Below the pieces are notes generated by a model, which saw only the letters and a list, made by a program, of their open reading frames with translations, was not told the origin of the DNA and did not search any database. Both the position numbers and the translations under genes were made by a program. Positions 38,410 to 50,651 of a stretch of 52,310 nucleotides of DNA are shown here, piece by piece. Source of the stretch: an archaeon (GTDB taxonomy: Archaea; Nanobdellota; Nanobdellia; SCGC-AAA011-G17; GW2011-AR20); NCBI GenBank assembly GCA_002688355.1, contig NZCT01000030.1, positions 1 through 52,310 of the forward strand, written 5' to 3'. Positions within the stretch are counted from its first letter, which is position 1. Every line of letters starts with the position of its first letter.

Positions 38410-39315
38410 ATGAACTCTGTAATTATTAAAAATCTAACAAAGAAATATAAGAACTTATTAGCAGTAGATAATATTTCCTTCAATATTAAAAAAGGAGAAA
38501 TCTTTGGTTTACTAGGACCAAATGGAGCAGGAAAAACAACTATAATTAACTGCATAACACAATTATCAACAATTACAAATGGAACAATAAAAGTAAATTC
38601 TTACGATACAAAAGAAAATTATCTAGAAGCTAGAAAAGAACTAGGATTATCACCTCAAGAATTAAAATTCGATCATTATTTTCCAATTCAAGATATTCTA
38701 ATTTATCAAGGTGGTTATTTTGGAATACCAATTAAAGAATCAAAAGCACGAACATACAAATTACTAAAATTATTTGATCTTTTCGAAAAAAGGAAAAAAA
38801 CTCCATCACAATTATCTGGAGGAATGTTAAGAAGATTATCATTAGCAAAGTCAATGATGCATAATTCAAATATACTAATTTTAGATGAACCAACTGCAGC
38901 CTTAGACGTAGAATCAAGACATTTATTATGGGAATATATAAAAGATCTAAATAAAAAAGGAATTACAATTATTTTAACCACACATTATATAGAAGAAGCA
39001 GAAAACTTATGTGATACAATTTGTATAATTCAAAAAGGGAAAATAATAAAGTTAGAAAAGAAAGAAAAATTAATAGAAGATCTCTCAAGAAATATTATAA
39101 GAGTATTATTAAAAGATAAAACAACACTACCAGAAATAATTAAAAAATACAATTATGAATACAAAGATAATATCTTACAAGTTCATGTAAACAAAATAAA
39201 CCAAACTAAAATTCTAAACACAATATTAAAAGAACTAGATAAAAAAGTAATTAATTTCACAATAGAACAAGATAATTTAGAGAGAATTTTCAGGAGATTA
39301 ATAAATGAACACTAA
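38410..39315 (+). CDS. ABC-2 type transporter ATP-binding protein
   Basis: GPNGAGKTT, LSGGM, ILDEPT, TTHY. Confidence 0.95.
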   Translation: MNSVIIKNLTKKYKNLLAVDNISFNIKKGEIFGLLGPNGAGKTTIINCITQLSTITNGTIKVNSYDTKENYLEARKELGLSPQELKFDHYFPIQDILIYQGGYFGIPIKESKARTYKLLKLFDLFEKRKKTPSQLSGGMLRRLSLAKSMMHNSNILILDEPTAALDVESRHLLWEYIKDLNKKGITIILTTHYIEEAENLCDTICIIQKGKIIKLEKKEKLIEDLSRNIIRVLLKDKTTLPEIIKKYNYEYKDNILQVHVNKINQTKILNTILKELDKKVINFTIEQDNLERIFRRLINEH

Positions 39316-40072
39316 ATTTATAAGTTTCTTAACTTTATTCAAAAGAGAATTTAACAGATTCTTTAAAGTACCAAACAACACAATACTACCTCATCTAATT
39401 ACAACACTATTTTATTTCTTAATATTTGGTATTGCGATAGGTTCAAGAATTAAAGAAGTTGCAGGTGTAGATTATTTATTATTTATTCTTCCAGGATTAT
39501 TTGTTCAAAATCTAATTAATGGTTCTTACTCAAATCCCTCAGGTTCATTATATGTATCTAGAAATTTTGGTAACATGTCAGATATTCTAATAGCACCCAT
39601 CTCAAACCTATCATTAACCTTAGCTTATGTAATAGCAGGGATGTTACGTGGTATTGTTCTAGCTTTAGGAACAGTTCTAATAGCATTATTCTTCACAACA
39701 TTCTCAATAGAAAATTATCCTTTATTATTAATTTACATCTTTCTAATTTCATTTGCATTTGCTTGCATGGGCGTTATTATAGGATTATGGGCAAAAACAT
39801 TTGATCAATTAAACATATTCATTAATTTTGTCGTAACGCCTTTAACATTCCTAGGAGGAGTTTTCTACACAACAGATATAGTTCCAAATTTCCTAGCAAC
39901 AATAACAAAATTCAACCCAATATTTTACATGATTAATGGCACAAGATATGCTATGATTGGAGTTAAAGATGGTAACGTATACATAGGTTTAATATTCCTA
40001 ATAATTATTACAATAATATTATTCTACACAACATTTACATTAATAAAAAAAGGATATAATTTAAGAACCTAA
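39305..40072 (+). CDS. ABC-2 type transporter permease (YadH-like)
   Basis: KREFNRF, YLLFILPGL, PLTFLGGVFY, NPIFYMING.RY. Confidence 0.93.
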   Translation: MNTKFISFLTLFKREFNRFFKVPNNTILPHLITTLFYFLIFGIAIGSRIKEVAGVDYLLFILPGLFVQNLINGSYSNPSGSLYVSRNFGNMSDILIAPISNLSLTLAYVIAGMLRGIVLALGTVLIALFFTTFSIENYPLLLIYIFLISFAFACMGVIIGLWAKTFDQLNIFINFVVTPLTFLGGVFYTTDIVPNFLATITKFNPIFYMINGTRYAMIGVKDGNVYIGLIFLIIITIILFYTTFTLIKKGYNLRT

Positions 40073-40074
40073 AT

Positions 40075-40089
40075 AAAAACCTTTAAAAA
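40075..40089 (+). promoter_or_regulatory. BRE/TATA promoter of rps10
   Basis: AAAAACCTTTAAAAA, TATA about 30 nt before the ATG. Confidence 0.65.
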
Positions 40090-40111
40090 CAATACTATTC
40101 AAAATATAAAA

Positions 40112-40423
40112 ATGCAAAAAGCAAGAATATCATTAGCATCAGCAGATATAGGGCAAATAAATGAAATATGTACTTCTATTAAAGATATAGCTGAAAAAAC
40201 AAAAGTAAAAATGTTTGGTCCTGTACACTTACCAACTAAAAGATTAAAACATACAACTAGAAAATCCCCTTGTGGTGACGGCAAAGCCTCATTTGATAAT
40301 TTTGAATTAAGAATACATAAGAGATTAATAGATTTAGCTGTAGATGAAAGAGCTCTAAGATTAGTTATGAGAGTTCCTATCCCAGACGAAGTAAATGTCT
40401 CTATAACAGTTCTAGAGAAATAA
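40112..40423 (+). CDS. rps10: 30S ribosomal protein uS10
   Basis: KARISLAS, GPVHLPTKRL, RKSPCGDG, RIHKRLID. Confidence 0.97.
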   Translation: MQKARISLASADIGQINEICTSIKDIAEKTKVKMFGPVHLPTKRLKHTTRKSPCGDGKASFDNFELRIHKRLIDLAVDERALRLVMRVPIPDEVNVSITVLEK

Positions 40424-40469
40424 TTCTAATCTAAACATATATAAATTACTATTTTCTATTTAAATTAAT

Positions 40470-40553
40470 GCCGAGATCGCATAACCTGGTATTGCGCAAG
40501 CCTGGAAAGCTTGTTTCCTTTTGGATATCTGGGTTCAAATCCCAGTCTCGGCG
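40470..40553 (+). tRNA. tRNA-Ser(GGA), intronless
   Basis: GCCGAGA/TCTCGGC acceptor, CAAGC-CT-GGA-AA-GCTTG anticodon arm, long variable arm. Confidence 0.95.
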
Positions 40554-40562
40554 TTTAACAAA

Positions 40563-41225
40563 GTGGAACAATTATTAAAAGAATTAAAATTTGGAAATAT
40601 CTTAAACTTCAATTTAAACAAAGAAAAAATTCTAATCTTAAATTTTAATAAAAACAACAAAGAACTAAACAAAGTAAACATATACAACACAGAAGAATTA
40701 ACTAAATACTTATTTAACAAATTAAAACAAACAAAGGCTAAAGTTGCAATAGGAAAATACAATGAAGATCGTTCAATCTACAAGAACAATAACGAATTCA
40801 AAAATAGAACCATACACCTAGGCATAGATCTTTTACTAAAAGAAAACACAAAAATTTTCGCACCACTAAAAGGAAAAGTTCACAGTTTTAAAAATAACAA
40901 AGGCATAGGAAATTATGGCCCAACAATTATCTTAGAACATAATTTAAATAATATAAAATTTTACACATTATATGGACACTTATCCTTAACATCATTAAAA
41001 AATATAAAACCTAACCAAATAATACAACAAGAACAACCACTAGCTACAGTAGGTACAACAAAAGTAAATGGAAACTGGCCCCCTCATCTACATTTTCAAA
41101 TCATAAAAGATTTAAAAAACAACAAAGGAGATTTCCCAGGCGTTTCTTCAAAAAAAGAAAGAAACAAGTACCTAAACTTATGTCCAAACCCAAATTTAAT
41201 CTTAAAAATAAAAAAATTAAACTAA
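40563..41225 (+). CDS. M23 family Zn metallopeptidase (start uncertain; GTG 40563)
   Basis: HLGID (HxxxD), GNYGPTIILEH, TLYGHL, WPPHLHFQ (HxH). Confidence 0.85.
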   Translation: MEQLLKELKFGNILNFNLNKEKILILNFNKNNKELNKVNIYNTEELTKYLFNKLKQTKAKVAIGKYNEDRSIYKNNNEFKNRTIHLGIDLLLKENTKIFAPLKGKVHSFKNNKGIGNYGPTIILEHNLNNIKFYTLYGHLSLTSLKNIKPNQIIQQEQPLATVGTTKVNGNWPPHLHFQIIKDLKNNKGDFPGVSSKKERNKYLNLCPNPNLILKIKKLN

Positions 41226-41277
41226 TATTATATACAATACAAATGTTTTTATATAGAAAACTAACATAATTATTAAA

Positions 41278-41553
41278 ATGGTAAATGAAACTGCTTTAAA
41301 GGAAGCATTCTCAAAAATTAGAGATGAATTCTCTTCTATAAAAAATCAAATCCAAGATTTAAATGAAAAATTAGAAAGCGCAATAAATAATTCTGATTAT
41401 TCTGAAGAATACAGAGAACTTGCAGAAAAAGAAATTCTAATTCAAGAACCAAAAAAGGAAAAAACAATTGAAGAAAGTATCTCTAAAGGTAGTGAAAATA
41501 CTGAGAAAAAAAATAAAACAGATGAAATAATTGATGCTGATTCTTATTATTAA
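41278..41553 (+). CDS. hypothetical coiled-coil acidic protein
   Basis: LKEAFSKIRDEFSSIKNQIQDL heptads. Confidence 0.65.
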   Translation: MVNETALKEAFSKIRDEFSSIKNQIQDLNEKLESAINNSDYSEEYRELAEKEILIQEPKKEKTIEESISKGSENTEKKNKTDEIIDADSYY

Positions 41554-41600
41554 AGAAACAAAATGTTTTTAAACAGTTTTATTAGTAAAAATAATACAAA

Positions 41601-41708
41601 ATGAAAAGAAGCTCTAGACGTTGGAAGAAAAAAGGCCAAATGAGATGGAAATGGCAAAAGAAAAGAATGAGAAAGGAAAAGAGAAGAAAGAGAAAAGCTA
41701 AGAGTTAG
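41601..41708 (+). CDS. rpl41e: ribosomal protein eL41 (eS32), not in the ORF track
   Basis: MKRSSRRWKKKGQMRWKWQKKRMRKEKRRKRKAKS matches the archaeal MRWKW.KKR pattern. Confidence 0.85.
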   Translation: MKRSSRRWKKKGQMRWKWQKKRMRKEKRRKRKAKS

Positions 41709-41853
41709 ATTCCAACCAAAACTATTATATACCTATTTAATCAATTTTCACATTCCTAAAATCAAGGAAAACATGATTACTTAATAAAAATTAAGTATGA
41801 TTAATACGAAAGAGAGTCAATAGTATAAAGCAATTCCATTAAGTTAACTATCA

Positions 41854-43322
<1,469 letters not shown>

Positions 43323-43383
43323 TTAATTACTTTAAATTATTATTGCTTTATACAAACTCAAATCTTTTCGTGTTAATCAATAT

Positions 43384-43497
43384 GGGCCTGTAGCTCAGTT
43401 CGGTAGAGCATTCGCTTTGCATTAAAAACAAAACAGCGAGGGGCCTCGGGTTCAAAACATTTTTCCTAAGGAAATTGTGAATTTCCCGACAGGTCCA
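43384..43497 (+). tRNA. tRNA-Ala(UGC) with two introns (43422-43434 at 37/38; 43457-43483 at 59/60)
   Basis: GGGCCTG/CAGGTCC acceptor, TTCGC/GCGAG anticodon stem, TCGGG/CCCGA T stem; both inserts give BHB/BHL folds. Confidence 0.92.
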
Positions 43498-43513
43498 TTC
43501 ATAATTAAAAAAA

Positions 43514-44023
43514 ATGGATGATATAAATAAAAATAAGGGTAATCAAGCTGAAAAGAAATTTAAAGAATGGCTAGATCTTCATAACATCCCTTACTTATAC
43601 ATTCAACAAGATACAAAAACATTTTCTCCTTCTCTAAATAAATATTTTGGATCAAAAAGACCAGATTTCATGATTCTTATTCCAAATCTGGGATTTATTT
43701 TTATCGATATAAAATACAGAAAAATAAATGAAACATACAAAAGTTTTCCACTAGATAGCATAGAAACTAGAAAATATTCTGTTCTACAAAGAAAATTCAA
43801 CTTACAAATATGGTATGTTCTATCAAATAACACCTATGGATACAAAACCTGGTTCTGGATTAACGTATCAAAAGTTTTAGAAGAGGGAAGAAATCCAAAA
43901 TTTACATCTGGAAAATCAAGCATGGATTTCTTTGCAATACCAATAACAGATTTTATTCAAATAGCAACAAATGATTCACTAGATAGATTATTTTCCAAAA
44001 TTTTTGTAGAAGAATTAAAATAA
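43514..44023 (+). CDS. PD-(D/E)XK nuclease-like protein in the 16S-23S spacer
   Basis: KGNQAEKKF (alpha1 E), RPDF, FIDIKYR. Confidence 0.8.
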   Translation: MDDINKNKGNQAEKKFKEWLDLHNIPYLYIQQDTKTFSPSLNKYFGSKRPDFMILIPNLGFIFIDIKYRKINETYKSFPLDSIETRKYSVLQRKFNLQIWYVLSNNTYGYKTWFWINVSKVLEEGRNPKFTSGKSSMDFFAIPITDFIQIATNDSLDRLFSKIFVEELK

Positions 44024-44033
44024 AATCCATAAT

Positions 44034-44050
44034 CAAAAACTTTATAAATA
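44034..44050 (+). promoter_or_regulatory. candidate separate BRE/TATA promoter for 23S rRNA
   Basis: CAAAAACTTTATAAATA matches the promoter motif seen elsewhere in the window. Confidence 0.6.
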
Positions 44051-44200
44051 AGTTACATCGTAAAATTTTAAAGTTAAAGGCAAAATGGTAAATTAATTAT
44101 TCACAAATCATTCTTATTTTTTATAAAGTGCAGCTCAAAAGATTTTTTGGGTGAAGGGTTATCATAAATTTTTGGTAACCATGCATAGGTGGATAAAGTA

Positions 44201-47059
<2,859 letters not shown>

Positions 47060-47141
47060 TACTTTATCCATCTATGTACTTTATTTTTTTTTCTAATATT
47101 TTAACAAAATTTATAAAGTAAAATCATGTAGTGTAAACTAT

Positions 47142-47215
47142 GGTGGCAATGGCGTAACCTGGTAGCGTAGAGGCTTGTGGAGCCTTTGGTCCGAGTTCAA
47201 ATCTCGGTTGCCACA
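47142..47215 (+). tRNA. tRNA-His(GUG), genomic G at -1, discriminator A73
   Basis: GTGGCAA/TTGCCAC, GAGGC-TT-GTG-GA-GCCTT, CCGAG-TTCAAAT-CTCGG; TATA at 47105-47118. Confidence 0.93.
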
Positions 47216-47227
47216 TTTTTTTAGAAA

Positions 47228-47938
47228 TTATAAAATCTTAAAGTAAACTCTTCTATTATTTTTACCTTTATTTTCAATCTTTAACAACTCAATTTTCCCA
47301 ATCTCTTTTAAACTTTTAACATGACACCCACCATCAGCTTGTTTATCAAAATCTTCAATCTCAACAATTCTTATTTCATCTACCTCATGTTTAAAATTCA
47401 TTGCTAATTTAAATAGTTCTTCATCTTTTTTAGCTTCCTCTTTACTTAAATAATAAACTTTAACTTTCAAATCTTTTTCAATTATCTCATTAGCTTTATC
47501 AATATATTTCTGTATTTTCTCTTTACTAAAATTCTCTAAGTCCAAGTCAATTCTTCCTTTTTCTAAATTTAATTGATTACCAGTTATCAAACATTTTAAC
47601 TCCTTAGAAAACAACCCACTCAAAACATGAGCAGCTGTATGATATCTCATTAGCAAATATCTATTATCCCACTCTATTTTTCCTGTTATATTATCTCCAA
47701 CTTTCAACCCCTCTTCAGAAACTTCATGACTTATTTTATTCTCTTTCTTTATTACATATACAACCTCAAATTCTCTATCATCTAAAAAAATTTTTCCAAC
47801 ATCATTTAACACCCCACCTCCAATTGGAAAAAAAGCAGTTCTATCTAGCACTATAAATTTATCATTAACCTCTTTAACAACAGCAGTAAATTCTCTTAAA
47901 TAAGAATCATCAAAATACAACGCACTTTTTCTATCCAT
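47228..47938 (-). CDS. alaX: alanyl-tRNA editing protein AlaX-M
   Basis: LYFDDSY, TAFFPIGGG, MRYHTAAHVL, DGGCHV. Confidence 0.93.
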   Translation of the reverse strand: MDRKSALYFDDSYLREFTAVVKEVNDKFIVLDRTAFFPIGGGVLNDVGKIFLDDREFEVVYVIKKENKISHEVSEEGLKVGDNITGKIEWDNRYLLMRYHTAAHVLSGLFSKELKCLITGNQLNLEKGRIDLDLENFSKEKIQKYIDKANEIIEKDLKVKVYYLSKEEAKKDEELFKLAMNFKHEVDEIRIVEIEDFDKQADGGCHVKSLKEIGKIELLKIENKGKNNRRVYFKIL

Positions 47939-48662
47939 TCTCCTTAGTTAATATTTTAATTTCCCCAAAAGGTGAATCTTGTTCTAAAGAAATCTTTTCC
48001 TGATTATCCAAATATAGTAAAGGTAAAAATGTAACAATTTTATCTTCTTTCTTCTCTCCTAAAATTAATTTCTTAAACGTTAACGTAGCGTTCTTATTTG
48101 CTTTAAAAAATCCTAAAATCCTAGCATAAACATCTTTTATTAATTGTGAAATATCAATAGTTTTTATAGGTACTGGAATCTTAGATTCATCTAGTTCCAC
48201 ATCACGTAAAACTCGTCTTTGATTAACCTCTAAAGCCTTTTGCAAAGCACTCATTAAATCATTAATATTAACTCTTCTCTTCCTAGCTAACGGCGTTTTT
48301 ATAGTTAATTTAGGTAATTCATCTTCTCTTAATGGTACTGGTGCGTCCTTAAAATTAGGGTCTTCAAGTTCCTCAAATTCATCTTCATTTTTATACAATT
48401 GACTATCAAAATTAAAGATTTCTTCATTAACTAATTTATCTGATTTTATCCTTAATAGTATAGAACTAGCCAATAACATCTTCCCAGAAACAAAGAAATT
48501 AGCCTCTTTTAGCTTCTGGATAGTCTCTAAATACCTTTTAGTTAAAACAGAAATATCAATATCCCAAGGGTTCATCTGCTCACTTTTAATTAAATCATAT
48601 ATCATATCTTGCCAAGTAATCTCATCTTTCTTGATAAGCATATTAAATAGTTGATCTTGCAT
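47931..48662 (-). CDS. scpA: segregation and condensation protein A (kleisin)
   Basis: MNPWDIDIS, SGKMLLASSILLRIKS, TFLPLLYL, Q..PFGEI. Confidence 0.9.
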   Translation of the reverse strand: MQDQLFNMLIKKDEITWQDMIYDLIKSEQMNPWDIDISVLTKRYLETIQKLKEANFFVSGKMLLASSILLRIKSDKLVNEEIFNFDSQLYKNEDEFEELEDPNFKDAPVPLREDELPKLTIKTPLARKRRVNINDLMSALQKALEVNQRRVLRDVELDESKIPVPIKTIDISQLIKDVYARILGFFKANKNATLTFKKLILGEKKEDKIVTFLPLLYLDNQEKISLEQDSPFGEIKILTKENG

Positions 48663-48742
48663 TCTTTTTCTAGAAGTTTGTATATTTATAAATTTACTCT
48701 ATAGAATATTAGAAGATTGTAACCACTTTAAAGTTTAAACAA

Positions 48743-48758
48743 CCGAAAGCTTTATATA
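48743..48758 (+). promoter_or_regulatory. BRE/TATA promoter with no downstream plus-strand ORF
   Basis: CCGAAAGCTTTATATA, close to the canonical archaeal BRE-TATA. Confidence 0.6.
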
Positions 48759-48780
48759 GTTTTTCATATCCATATATTAT

Positions 48781-48838
48781 ATCACCTCTTTTTTCCCATG
48801 AACTTGTTTTTCTTCGGAGAAGCAGGTTCTTGGGTTTT
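48781..48838 (+). ncRNA. candidate small RNA: anti-SD-like 5' arm plus 18-bp C(UUCG)G hairpin and U tract
   Basis: Stem 48795-48812/48817-48834 with 3 G-U pairs only on the plus strand; promoter about 30 nt upstream. Confidence 0.55.
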
Positions 48839-48868
48839 AATTATTAAAAACTTAATAGAAAGAATTCT

Positions 48869-49054
48869 CTACTTTTTACTCTTATATTCAACATAATGGC
48901 ACTTTCCACAGTATAATCTATCTTTATGATCTGCTAAAAAAGAATCAGTACTACACTTGGGGCACATTTTTCCTCTAGTAATAGTCTTACCATCTATCTT
49001 ATATTTTAACCATTTCTTACTTGCTATTTTATTTTTAACTTCTTTCTTTGGCAT
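48869..49054 (-). CDS. rps27ae: 30S ribosomal protein eS31 (S27ae)
   Basis: CPKCSTDSFLADHKDRLYCGKC. Confidence 0.93.
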   Translation of the reverse strand: MPKKEVKNKIASKKWLKYKIDGKTITRGKMCPKCSTDSFLADHKDRLYCGKCHYVEYKSKK

Positions 49055-49503
49055 TATTTTTCCTCTTGATAGCTTTTAACTGCATTTTCTAATTCATTTA
49101 AGGTTGGTTGAGGAAATCTCTTATCTATTCTAAAACCCCAATCTCTATATTTTTCAGGATTCATTTTCATATAAGCATCAACCATTTCTTCAAAATCTAC
49201 ACCATTACTATCAGAATCAGCCAAACCATTTTTTTCAAATAATTGATCATCCAAAGAATCAAATTCTCTTTGCTCTGCTCTTCTTCCTTTCCAATCCTGT
49301 ATAGCTGCTCCTGGAATATTCAGTGGGTTATACTCTCCAAAATTTGATCCACCAAAAGCAATAAAACCAAGAAATAGAATTCCGCCAATATATCCAGTAG
49401 TTCTAAAATTAGAATTACGAACATTTTTTCTTCTTTTCATATCTCTCATTATCATTTCACTTTCAAATGGAGTTTTTTCTTTAACATAAGGTGGCTGTAC
49501 CAT
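49054..49503 (-). CDS. hypothetical single-TM protein inserted between rps24e and rps27ae
   Basis: One TM; EF-hand-like DSDSNGVDFEE; 1-nt overlaps on both sides. Confidence 0.65.
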   Translation of the reverse strand: MVQPPYVKEKTPFESEMIMRDMKRRKNVRNSNFRTTGYIGGILFLGFIAFGGSNFGEYNPLNIPGAAIQDWKGRRAEQREFDSLDDQLFEKNGLADSDSNGVDFEEMVDAYMKMNPEKYRDWGFRIDKRFPQPTLNELENAVKSYQEEK

Positions 49504-49859
49504 TATTTCTTCTCCTCTTCATTAGGCTCTACTTTCACTTCCTTTTTTTCCTCTACTTTTGGAGCTTCTTGTTTAGGTTTTTCGCCTTCAGCACCTTTCT
49601 TTTTCTTTTTCCTTACAACTTCAATCTCTTGAAATTTCTTATCATTATCATAAACATAAACCACACCACTAGAATAATCATCTCCAAACTCAGTTGAAAT
49701 ATTTTTAACAATTACTAACTCTTCTTTAGCTTTATATTTTTCAACTATTAATTTTTTAACTTCTTCTTTACTTGGAGTTGTCTTACTACTATGTTCAATA
49801 TTTAAATTTACTTCCTTCCTTTCAAGTAAAACATTATCTCTTTCATTAGTTATTTTCAT
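49503..49859 (-). CDS. rps24e: 30S ribosomal protein eS24
   Basis: NVLLERKEV, TPSKEEV, TEFG, VYVY; operon position. Confidence 0.92.
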   Translation of the reverse strand: MKITNERDNVLLERKEVNLNIEHSSKTTPSKEEVKKLIVEKYKAKEELVIVKNISTEFGDDYSSGVVYVYDNDKKFQEIEVVRKKKKKGAEGEKPKQEAPKVEEKKEVKVEPNEEEKK

Positions 49860-49860
49860 T

Positions 49861-50043
49861 TTAAGTTTTTATTGCATACTCTCCATTAGTATTAATCTCC
49901 ATTTGTTTAGCAACTTCTGATTTTTCACTATTTAACACAATTAATTTACCCTTCCAAATTTCTGTTAAATTTCTTTCATTACAAATAGTACAAACATCTT
50001 TTTCAACGAAAATTTTACATTTTTTACAAACTTTTCTTGCCAT
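49861..50043 (-). CDS. spt4: transcription elongation factor Spt4 (RpoE'')
   Basis: CKKC...CTIC, WKG, SEVAK, GEYAIK. Confidence 0.92.
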   Translation of the reverse strand: MARKVCKKCKIFVEKDVCTICNERNLTEIWKGKLIVLNSEKSEVAKQMEINTNGEYAIKT

Positions 50044-50044
50044 T

Positions 50045-50641
50045 TTATTTCTTTTTCTTTTCCTTCTTCTCGTTTTTACTTTCTTTCTCAGCTTCTTTAG
50101 TTTTTTTATCTAACTCATCTTCAATCCATTTTACATTTCCTAAATATCCTTGTCTCATTGTTAACCCAATTTTAGGATCATTAACATCTTTGTAACTAAC
50201 TGCAATTATTCTTGCTCTACATTCATCTTTATTTTTTAAAATTCTCTTACTTTCTTTTCCAGATAATACTCCAGTTTTACTAAAACTCACAAAGTCATCC
50301 ATTGTTTGGCTAATATGAATCATTCCATCAATAGGTCCAATATGTAAAAATGCTCCAAAGTCAGTAATATCACTTATTGCCCCTAACACAACTTCTTGAA
50401 TTTCTGGTTTAAAAACAAATAATTTAAACACAGTATCATAATATGCTGCCCCATCATCTGGAATTATTATTCCTTCTCCAATTTTAACAATATCAGAAAC
50501 AGCAATAACAATCCCAAAATCTTTACTAATAAAATCATTAAATTGATTACTTAATTCAGTTAATACAGCTTGTTTAATATTTTCTCCAAATAAATTAGGA
50601 GCTACTCTAATGTGACTTTTTAATTCTACTTCATAAAACAT
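50045..50641 (-). CDS. rpo7: RNA polymerase subunit Rpo7 (E')
   Basis: IRVAPNLFG, DFGAFLHIGPIDGMIHISQ, KIGLTMRQGYLG. Confidence 0.97.
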   Translation of the reverse strand: MFYEVELKSHIRVAPNLFGENIKQAVLTELSNQFNDFISKDFGIVIAVSDIVKIGEGIIIPDDGAAYYDTVFKLFVFKPEIQEVVLGAISDITDFGAFLHIGPIDGMIHISQTMDDFVSFSKTGVLSGKESKRILKNKDECRARIIAVSYKDVNDPKIGLTMRQGYLGNVKWIEDELDKKTKEAEKESKNEKKEKKKK

Positions 50642-50651
50642 TTTGGTTTTT

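Noticed and set aside
40521-40562. M23 ORF extension starting at TTG 40521
   Set aside because: It runs through the tRNA-Ser(GGA) T arm and acceptor stem; a chance open frame.
48795-48834. Hairpin as SRP RNA helix 8, a C/D guide, or the rps27ae terminator
   Set aside because: No SRP internal loops or GNRA loop, no C/D boxes; on the minus strand it has mismatches and no following U tract.
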